Part shown: positions 1 through 5,808 of the stretch, piece after piece | Layout of the letters: the number at the start of each line of letters is the position of its first letter | How positions within the stretch are numbered: the first letter of the stretch is position 1 | Source: a virus | Lineage: Duplodnaviria; Heunggongvirae; Uroviricota; Caudoviricetes | Strand: one strand, 5' to 3' | DNA length: 8,906 bases | Virus record (IMG/VR): IMGVR_UViG_2690316276_000009 | Span: 1 to 8,906 of that record | Translations under genes and position numbers: made by a program | Notes under the pieces: generated by a model | Told to the model about the DNA's origin: nothing | The model's input: only the letters and a program-made list of their open reading frames with translations | The model's database searches: none

Positions 1-267
1 CCATGCCAGTTTCTTTTAACAAACTCCCCGCAAACCAGACAACAGTCAACCGCCTGAATTGTGAAGTATTTAAAAATTTCTCCCGCTAACTGATACCCGG
101 CTAACAGTCTGGCGTTTTCTTTTTCAGCAACGGGAAAGCAACAACCACCACACCCGCCACCAGCACACCGTCAGCCAGCACTGACATTATCCGGCTGCTG
201 CAATGCCATTCACAAAAACAGTAAGCAATCACTTTTTACCGTAACAGGTGATAATCCAGATATGTAT

Positions 268-621
268 CTACCCCAGATGAGTAATCCGAAGTTCATCCAT
301 ACCACAGGTCCTGGCTATTCTGTTGTACTCCTGAACAAGAGCAAATAATTCTGAATTAGCAACCATGAACTCATCGCAAACCCTCTGTATAGCATCACTA
401 TTCAGAATAATAACGTCTCTTCCCGAAAGACGATCAGGAGTACAGAACAAAACTGTCAAACGGCTGAAGGCCTTTGCTCGTGCTGCATTGACTATATCAA
501 TACGCTGCCTAAGGATGAAACACCCCGACGCCTCATCAATATTCACTCTACCCACACCATATGAATGATAAATATTTAATGCTGAAAAAACCATTAGACC
601 GTATAACAAACACTCAATCAA
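268..621 (-). CDS. hypothetical protein (117 aa from TTG; 108 aa if it starts at the first ATG)
   Basis: Open frame in the supplied ORF track. The 5'-most codon is TTG and I see no convincing Shine-Dalgarno before the first in-frame ATG. The region is AT-rich and lies downstream of the tRNA in the late-operon direction. No family recognised. A plus-strand ORF (365-568) overlaps it and cannot be excluded. Confidence 0.25.
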   Translation of the reverse strand: MIECLLYGLMVFSALNIYHSYGVGRVNIDEASGCFILRQRIDIVNAARAKAFSRLTVLFCTPDRLSGRDVIILNSDAIQRVCDEFMVANSELFALVQEYNRIARTCGMDELRITHLG

Positions 622-731
622 TACTTAACAGAACTTTTATTTTTGACAAACATAAAATATTTTCAACAATATCCTGAGCCAGGTATATTTCAGTATAAGG
701 CTCTGCCGGAAGGAATCTGGAAGAATGAATA

Positions 732-808
732 TGGCGCGCTGTACTGGATTCGAACCAGTGACCGATTGCTTAGAAGGCAATTGCTCTGTCCGGCTGAGCT
801 AACAACGC
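732..808 (-). tRNA. tRNA-Arg (anticodon UCU, reads AGA)
   Basis: Minus-strand sequence GCGTTGTTAGCTCAGCCGGACAGAGCAATTGCCTTCTAAGCAATCGGTCACTGGTTCGAATCCAGTACAGCGCGCCA folds by hand as a 77-nt cloverleaf: 7-bp acceptor stem with one G-U pair, D arm GCTC/GAGC, anticodon stem ATTGC/GCAAT with loop CTTCTAA (anticodon TCT), T arm ACTGG-TTCGAAT-CCAGT, encoded CCA. Lambdoid and Stx phages are known to carry rare-codon tRNA genes (ileZ/argN/argO) downstream of Q. Confidence 0.85.
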
Positions 809-885
809 TGAATACCGATAATGGACCGCCATCGGGGACCCGCCCCCGCACCAACAACCCTGTTATCATGTCGTCTGCTCTTCCN

Positions 886-930
886 NNNNNNNNNNNNNNN
901 NNNNNNNNNNNNNNNNNNNNNNNNNNNNNN
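886..930. other. assembly gap (45 N)
   Basis: Run of 45 N directly in the sequence. The flanks are not contiguous biology: a methyltransferase ORF runs into the gap from one side and a tRNA sits on the other. Confidence 0.95.
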
Positions 931-1023
931 CAGGTCAACAGAATTTTCGGGTAACGACCGGATAAATTCCAGGCAGTCGGCGTTGATTAACTCACAACTG
1001 GATATTTTTACAGCATTAAGCAT
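931..1023 (-). CDS. DNA methyltransferase, N-terminal fragment truncated by the gap
   Basis: The minus-strand ORF starting at the ATG at 1021-1023 encodes MLNAVKISSCELINADCLEFIRSLPENSVDL and then enters the N run. The xxDCLExxxxLPxxSVDL stretch is the typical N-terminus of N6-adenine/N4-cytosine DNA methyltransferases, immediately preceding the DPPY motif, which would lie in the gap. Confidence 0.45.
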
Positions 1024-1117
1024 GGATCATTAAGCCTGTCTCTGATAGGCTCATTCTGCTTTTGCGCAAAGCAGTGGGCCTGAGGTTTGCTTGTGAACCC
1101 AACGCATGAGCAGATGG

Positions 1118-1144
1118 CTGGTGGGTGCCCCTAACACCCACCAG
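1118..1144. repeat. perfect 10-bp inverted repeat (CTGGTGGGTG-N7-CACCCACCAG)
   Basis: Read directly from the sequence: 10-bp arms with a 7-nt spacer CCCCTAA, no flanking T/A run. Sits between the terminator at 1161-1187 and the methyltransferase start. Confidence 0.6.
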
Positions 1145-1160
1145 CCGCCCATTTACCACA

Positions 1161-1187
1161 AATAAAAAAGCCTTCACTGCGGAAGGC
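1161..1187 (-). terminator. candidate rho-independent terminator after the 65-aa ORF
   Basis: Minus strand: stem GCCTTC / GAAGGC with a 6-nt loop, followed by TTTTTTATT. The hairpin overlaps the stop codon of the 1174-1371 ORF. Confidence 0.55.
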
Positions 1188-1371
1188 GTCTGTAACAACC
1201 GAACTGATAGTCTGCCAGACCCGCCATAACCAGCTGGGTCAGTATTAACTGGCAGCGTTCGCGTGAAAGGTAAGTATTCTGCGCTATCTCCCCGACTGTC
1301 GCCGGTTCGGTAACGCTTAATTCATTAAACACCACTCTGGCGGTTTCTGTCATATCCTGCTGTTTTAGCAT
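1174..1371 (-). CDS. small HTH-like protein (65 aa), hypothetical; possibly a PapI/FaeA-like winged-helix regulator
   Basis: ATG start preceded by AAAGGAAAAG (Shine-Dalgarno-like). The segment ATVGEIAQNTYLSRERCQLILTQLVMAGL has the pattern of a helix-turn-helix. Bracketed by terminator-like hairpins on both sides. The family assignment is a guess. Confidence 0.45.
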   Translation of the reverse strand: MLKQQDMTETARVVFNELSVTEPATVGEIAQNTYLSRERCQLILTQLVMAGLADYQFGCYRRLPQ

Positions 1372-1490
1372 GTCTTTTCCTTTTCCGGTTAACGTGACAC
1401 ACCAATAACTCTTGTCGAAAAAGCCAGCAAGCTGAAAGACAGGTATTCACCGCCACCAGCGCGTTTACTGTACTGACGCGATTTCAGTCA

Positions 1491-1515
1491 TAAAAAACCC
1501 GCTCGGCGGCGGGTT
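1491..1515 (-). terminator. candidate rho-independent terminator about 40 nt downstream of Q (tR'-like position)
   Basis: Minus strand: AACCCGC-CGCCGA-GCGGGTT hairpin followed by TTTTTTAT. In lambdoid phages the late promoter pR', the Q-utilisation site and terminator tR' lie just downstream of Q. Confidence 0.6.
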
Positions 1516-1554
1516 GTAGAAACTCTTCTAACGTCAGGCATAAAACGCCCATCG

Positions 1555-2409
1555 TTATGACGAATTTACCACAGATTCCGGAAAAATCAACCTAGTTACC
1601 TTTTTTAACTGCCGCTCAGCCCATGCTTCTTCAATATCAAACCGGGTCACCAGCGCATCATAGAATTTCTTAACTGTTTTTTCCCATGACGCGCGTGTTA
1701 TCTGGTTTGTCACCTCGCATATAGCATTAAATGCCTCCGTTGATGGTAGTCTTTCATAGCCACGACCACCACAACGCTGGCAGTCTCTGATAACAGGCAT
1801 ACCACGTTTTACCGACTCTTCACGATGAATGGCGACACCACGCCCACGGCAATCCTTACAGGCGGTGGAAACCTCACCCTTTCCGCCACACTCCGGACAG
1901 GCAACTTTTACCACCTCCCTGACTTTTTTCCATTCTTCCCAGTAAGACGGATACACACCTTTCGTACACTTTGCCCATACCGGCGGCTTACCATCCGGAT
2001 ACTGGACCTTGTTTGTAAAAACTACGCTTTCAATAAATTTTTCCCCATAGCAACAAGGGCACTGCTTTTTACTCGCTGCGCTGCGGGCATAATCCTCAAA
2101 AGCGTACGAAGCCATAATGCGCATCACTACCGGTTTTATTTCTGCCGGAAGTTTTCTCAACGCCGCCACACGATCGCACCGACTGAGTGCATAATCTGCC
2201 AGTAATTCTGTTGCCCGCGCCCTGTCATTCATACTGATGCCCATTTTCCCCAGGAACGCAGAAAACCCCATCTCAGCCCGATTCTGTGTCATGCCCTGCG
2301 CGGCCATCACATCAGTGATACTCAGCGCATCTTTTGACGTTGAGGCCGATGCATCGGTCAGGCAAGGGGATTTTGGGGAGTAGTATTTCGGTAAATCTTC
2401 CAGTTTCAT
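1555..2409 (-). CDS. Q: antitermination protein Q (lambda Q family), 284 aa, with expanded Cys-rich zinc-binding region
   Basis: The N-terminus (YSPKSP...TDVMAAQGM...ND) and C-terminus (KTVKKFYDALV) align by eye with lambda Q (YSPKSP...TDVMAAMGM...; VKPLYDALV). The central region carries CPCC plus three CxxCxGxG-type motifs (CPECGGKG, CKDCRGRG, CQRCGGRG). The start ATG overlaps the rusA stop (ATGA). Confidence 0.85.
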   Translation of the reverse strand: MKLEDLPKYYSPKSPCLTDASASTSKDALSITDVMAAQGMTQNRAEMGFSAFLGKMGISMNDRARATELLADYALSRCDRVAALRKLPAEIKPVVMRIMASYAFEDYARSAASKKQCPCCYGEKFIESVVFTNKVQYPDGKPPVWAKCTKGVYPSYWEEWKKVREVVKVACPECGGKGEVSTACKDCRGRGVAIHREESVKRGMPVIRDCQRCGGRGYERLPSTEAFNAICEVTNQITRASWEKTVKKFYDALVTRFDIEEAWAERQLKKVTRLIFPESVVNSS

Positions 2410-2780
2410 TTTTTGACCTGCTCTTCATGCATTATGGGGTAAATCTTCACCCCCAGACGTCCACCAGATACTGGCTGACCACGAACGATATTGATTTCAT
2501 CAAACTGCTCATCGTCCATTAACACTCCCGCATGTGTCAGTGCATCCAGTGGTGCTTTCAGGATATTGTCCAGGTCACGACGGCGCTTATCCGGTGGCTC
2601 TGCAATAATCTTTATCGCCAGTCTTCCGGACAGGCTTAATTTCAGTCGCTGCTGACGGACAATAAGCGCCACATCCCGGCGATAACGCTCACCGGCTTTT
2701 GATACAAAATATGTGTTGTCACGACGTCGCCAGTAAGTATTCACCGTCGGCGGATAAGGTAAAATAAACTCATGGCGCAT
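2406..2780 (-). CDS. rusA: crossover junction endodeoxyribonuclease RusA (Holliday junction resolvase), 124 aa
   Basis: PDKRRRDLDNILKAPLDALTHAGVLMDDEQF matches the conserved RusA catalytic region (RRRDLDN ... D). Sits immediately upstream of Q as in DLP12-type and other lambdoid prophages. Stop overlaps the Q start. Confidence 0.85.
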   Translation of the reverse strand: MRHEFILPYPPTVNTYWRRRDNTYFVSKAGERYRRDVALIVRQQRLKLSLSGRLAIKIIAEPPDKRRRDLDNILKAPLDALTHAGVLMDDEQFDEINIVRGQPVSGGRLGVKIYPIMHEEQVKK

Positions 2781-2881
2781 CAGCGCAGCACCTCCTGCAC
2801 CAGTTTTTCAAACTTTCCGACTCTGGTTTCCAGCTCTGCCACACAGTCCACCAGCTCATCTACTGCTTTCTGTGCGCGATG
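2780..2881 (-). pseudogene. 3' fragment of the small ORF found intact at 3999-4241, cut at the N at 2882
   Basis: 2780-2881 is identical to 3999-4100; the match ends exactly at the N. Confidence 0.6.
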
Positions 2882-2882
2882 N

Positions 2883-3628
2883 AATTTCTTAACTGTTTTT
2901 TCCCATGACGCGCGTGTTATCTGGTTTGTCACCTCGCATATAGCATTAAATGCCTCCGTTGATGGTAGTCTTTCATAGCCACGACCACCACAACGCTGGC
3001 AGTCTCTGATAACAGGCATACCACGTTTTACCGACTCTTCACGATGAATGGCGACACCACGCCCACGGCAATCCTTACAGGCGGTGGAAACCTCACCCTT
3101 TCCGCCACACTCCGGACAGGCAACTTTTACCACCTCCCTGACTTTTTTCCATTCTTCCCAGTAAGACGGATACACACCTTTCGTACACTTTGCCCATACC
3201 GGCGGCTTACCATCCGGATACTGGATCTTGTTTGTAAAAACCTCGCTTTCAATAAATTTTTTTCCGTGACAGCAGGGGCACTGTTTTTTGCTCGCCGCGC
3301 TACGGGCATAATCTTCAAACGCATACGAAGCCATAATACGCATCACTGCCGGTTTTATTTCTGCCGGGAGTTTTCTTAACGCCGCCACGCGATCACACCG
3401 ACTGAGTGCATATTCTGTCAGCAATTCTGTTGCCCGCTCTCTGTCATTCATACTAATGCCCATTTTCCCAAGGAACGCAGAAACCCCCATCTCAGCCCGA
3501 TTCTGTGTCATGCCCTGCGCGGCCATCACATCAGTGATACTCAGCGCATCTTTTGACGTTGAGGCCGATGCATCGGTCAGGCAAGGGGATTTTGGGGAGT
3601 AGTATTTCGGTAAATCTTCCAGTTTCAT
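2883..3628 (-). pseudogene. antitermination protein Q paralogue, 3' end missing and fused in frame across the N at 2882 to the preceding fragment
   Basis: The track ORF 2780-3628 encodes Q residues 1-250 and then ...KTVKKXHRAQKAVDELVDCVAELETRVGKFEKLVQEVLR, which is the C-terminus of the 3999-4256 ORF. The true Q C-terminus (FYDALVTRF...) is absent. Confidence 0.65.
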
Positions 3629-3999
3629 TTTTTGACCTGCTCTTCATGCATTATGGGGTAAATCTTCACCCCCAGACGTCCACCAGATACTGGCTGACCA
3701 CGAACGATATTGATTTCATCAAACTGCTCATCGTCCATTAACACTCCCGCATGTGTCAGTGCATCCAGTGGTGCTTTCAGGATATTGTCCAGGTCACGAC
3801 GGCGCTTATCCGGTGGCTCTGCAATAATCTTTATCGCCAGTCTTCCGGACAGGCTTAATTTCAGTCGCTGCTGACGGACAATAAGCGCCACATCCCGGCG
3901 ATAACGCTCACCGGCTTTTGATACAAAATATGTGTTGTCACGACGTCGCCAGTAAGTATTCACCGTCGGCGGATAAGGTAAAATAAACTCATGGCGCAT
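3625..3999 (-). CDS. rusA: RusA Holliday junction resolvase (second copy, protein identical to 2406-2780)
   Basis: Protein identical to the 2406-2780 copy; same overlap with the downstream Q start. Confidence 0.85.
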   Translation of the reverse strand: MRHEFILPYPPTVNTYWRRRDNTYFVSKAGERYRRDVALIVRQQRLKLSLSGRLAIKIIAEPPDKRRRDLDNILKAPLDALTHAGVLMDDEQFDEINIVRGQPVSGGRLGVKIYPIMHEEQVKK

Positions 4000-4241
4000 C
4001 AGCGCAGCACCTCCTGCACCAGTTTTTCAAACTTTCCGACTCTGGTTTCCAGCTCTGCCACACAGTCCACCAGCTCATCTACTGCTTTCTGTGCGCGATG
4101 CTTCGCCTGCATCAGTTCCCGAAGCGCGGGTACCATATCTTTACGGATAGCGTCTTTTGTTATGCCCGTTTTTTCGAGTTGTTCAGCATGACGCAGCATT
4201 TCCTGCGCGTGTTTACGCAATTGTTCAGGGGTAAAAGTCAT
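3999..4241 (-). CDS. small phage protein, hypothetical (80 aa from the ATG at 4241; track ORF 85 aa from TTG at 4256)
   Basis: First codon of the track ORF is TTG; the first ATG gives MTFTPEQLRKHAQEML.... The N-terminus resembles those of the 55-aa and 114-aa ORFs at 8142-8650. Stop overlaps the rusA start by 1 bp. Confidence 0.5.
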   Translation of the reverse strand: MTFTPEQLRKHAQEMLRHAEQLEKTGITKDAIRKDMVPALRELMQAKHRAQKAVDELVDCVAELETRVGKFEKLVQEVLR

Positions 4242-4467
4242 TGTCTGGTTGTTCAAAAGAAACGCTCCATCTTACTGCTGTCAGTTCGTTTATTACTGTA
4301 TCTGCGCGGATTGCCGGGCTTCATGGGAGTGGAAAGCACCCGTGCACTTTCCTGGTCCACAGGCAGAAAATGTCCGTAGACTGGCCCCCTGAATCTCCAG
4401 ACAACCAGTATCACTTAAATAAGTGATAGTCTTAATACTAGTTTTTAGACTAGTCATTGGAGTACAG

Positions 4468-4833
4468 ATGATTGATGTCTTAGGGCCGGAGAAACGCAGA
4501 CGGCGTACCACACAGGAAAAGATCGCAATTGTTCAGCAGAGCTTTGAACCGGGGATGACGGTCTCCCTCGTTGCCCGGCAACATGGTGTAGCAGCCAGCC
4601 AGTTATTTCTCTGGCGTAAGCAATACCAGGAAGGAAGTCTTACTGCTGTCGCCGCCGGAGAACAGGTTGTTCCTGCCTCTGAACTTGCTGCCGCCATGAA
4701 GCAGATTAAAGAACTCCAGCGCCTGCTCGGCAAGAAAACGATGGAAAATGAACTCCTCAAAGAAGCCGTTGAATATGGACGGGCAAAAAAGTGGATAGCG
4801 CACGCGCCCTTATTGCCCGGGGATGGGGAGTAA
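4468..4833 (+). CDS. insC: IS2 transposase OrfA (InsC), 121 aa
   Basis: [54 protein letters not shown]... is the IS2 InsC sequence. The A6G slippery heptamer AAAAAAG at 4785-4791 is the known -1 frameshift site that produces the InsCD fusion. Confidence 0.85.
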
Positions 4834-5197
4834 GCTTAGTCAGCCGTTGTCTCCGGGTGTCGCGTGCGCAGTTGCACGTCATTCTCAGACGAACCGATGA
4901 CTGGATGGATGGCCGCCGCAGTCGTCACACTGATGATACGGATGTGCTTCTCCGTATACACCATGTTATCGGAGAGCTGCCCACGTATGGTTATCGTCGG
5001 GTATGGGCGCTGCTTCGCAGACAGGCAGAACTTGATGGTATGCCTGCGATCAATGCCAAACGTGTTTACCGGATCATGCGCCAGAATGCGCTGTTGCTTG
5101 AGCGAAAACCTGCTGTACCGCCATCGAAACGGGCACATACAGGCAGAGTGGCCGTGAAAGAAAGCAATCAGCGATGGTGCTCTGACGGGTTCGAGTT
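4791..5197 (+). pseudogene. insD: IS2 transposase OrfB (InsD), N-terminal about 135 codons only
   Basis: [41 protein letters not shown]... matches the InsD N-terminus. The reading frame leaves IS2 sequence at the N at 5198 and continues as the antisense of the Q fragment. Confidence 0.75.
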
Positions 5198-5198
5198 N

Positions 5199-5431
5199 CA
5201 CCGACTGAGTGCATATTCTGTCAGCAATTCTGTTGCCCGCTCTCTGTCATTCATACTAATGCCCATTTTCCCAAGGAACGCAGAAACCCCCATCTCAGCC
5301 CGATTCTGTGTCATGCCCTGCGCGGCCATCACATCAGTGATACTCAGCGCATCTTTCGACGTTGAGGCCGATGCATCAGTCAGGCCGGGGGATTTTGGGG
5401 AGTAGTATTTCGGTAAATCTTCCAGTTTCAT
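5199..5431 (-). pseudogene. antitermination protein Q, N-terminal fragment (about 77 codons), third copy
   Basis: Encodes MKLEDLPKYYSPKSPGLTDASAS...TEYALSR, matching Q copy B except for C16G, then stops being Q at the N at 5198 where IS2 sequence begins. Confidence 0.7.
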
Positions 5432-5808
5432 TTTTTGACCTGCCCTTCAAGCATTATGGGATAAATCTTCACCCCCAGACGTCCACCAGATACTGGCTGA
5501 GCACGAACGATATTGATTTCATCAAACTGCTCATCGTCCATTAGCAACCCCGCATGCGTCAGCGCATCCAGCGGCGCTTTCAGAATATTGTCCAGGTCAC
5601 GGCGGCGCTTATCCGGTGGTTCTGCAATAATTTTTATTGCCAACCTTCCGGACAGGCTTAATTTCAGCCGCTGCTGGCGAACAATAAGCGCCACTGCCCG
5701 GCGATAACGCTCCCCGGCTTTTGATACAAAATATGTGCTGCCACGACGACGCCAGTAAGTGTTCACCGTCGGCGGGTAAGGTAAAACAAATTCTATGCGC
5801 TCGGTCAT
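5428..5808 (-). CDS. rusA: RusA Holliday junction resolvase, divergent paralogue (126 aa)
   Basis: Same RusA core (RRRDLDN...DDEQF) with a different N-terminus (MTERIEFVLPYPP) and several substitutions. Start abuts the stop of the DUF968 gene. Confidence 0.85.
   Translation of the reverse strand: MTERIEFVLPYPPTVNTYWRRRGSTYFVSKAGERYRRAVALIVRQQRLKLSLSGRLAIKIIAEPPDKRRRDLDNILKAPLDALTHAGLLMDDEQFDEINIVRAQPVSGGRLGVKIYPIMLEGQVKK

Larger units (their letters stand above)
1664..2881. repeat. repeat copy A of the rusA-Q module (about 1.2 kb, aligns with 2883-4100 at offset 1219)
   Basis: Direct comparison of the two stretches: identical over rusA, the Q N-terminus and the Q C-terminal half, with a diverged patch in Q codons about 48-134. 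Confidence 0.85.
2883..4100. repeat. repeat copy B of the rusA-Q module
   Basis: Aligns with 1664-2881 (offset 1219), and its 3396-4007 part aligns with 5199-5810 (offset 1803). Confidence 0.85.
4377..5197 (+). mobile_element. IS2 (IS3 family), 5' about 820 bp only, truncated at the N at 5198
   Basis: Terminal sequence TAGACTGGCCCCCTGAATCTCCAGACAACC... matches the IS2 left inverted repeat as I recall it; a complete insC and the first about 135 codons of insD follow. Full IS2 is about 1.3 kb, so the 3' part including the right inverted repeat is missing. Left boundary is accurate to a few bp. Confidence 0.85.

Noticed and set aside
809-885. Possible 3' part of a second tRNA next to the gap (minus strand, ...GGCGGGTCCCCGATGGCGGTCCA)
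   Set aside because: The putative T-loop is non-canonical and the 5' half would lie in the N gap; it cannot be folded into a credible cloverleaf from what is present.
643-1033. Four track ORFs (643-954, 690-938, 799-1023, 821-1033) that translate through the N run
   Set aside because: Their length comes from reading through 45 undetermined bases. Only the 931-1023 portion of the minus-strand ORF has real support (the methyltransferase N-terminal motif); the rest overlaps the tRNA or is an artefact.
1825-3379. Plus-strand ORFs 1825-2205, 2334-2522, 2772-2978, 3044-3379 and minus-strand ORF 3127-3324 inside the Q and rusA genes
   Set aside because: These are antisense or alternative-frame shadows of well-supported minus-strand genes and are duplicated only because the underlying DNA is duplicated; no ribosome-binding site or independent support.
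4423-4467. 15-codon N-terminal extension of insC in the track ORF ([15 protein letters not shown])
   Set aside because: It lies within the IS2 terminal region; the IS2 InsC protein starts at MIDVLGPEK (ATG at 4468).
4533-5201. ORFs 4533-4760, 4603-4803, 4836-5201 and 4864-5157 inside IS2
   Set aside because: Antisense or alternative-frame ORFs within the insC and insD coding sequence; 4836-5201 also spans the junction N.
5168-5431. 87-aa track ORF read as an intact small gene
   Set aside because: It is the N-terminal 77 codons of Q followed by read-through across the N into antisense IS2 sequence, so it is a truncated Q rather than an independent gene.
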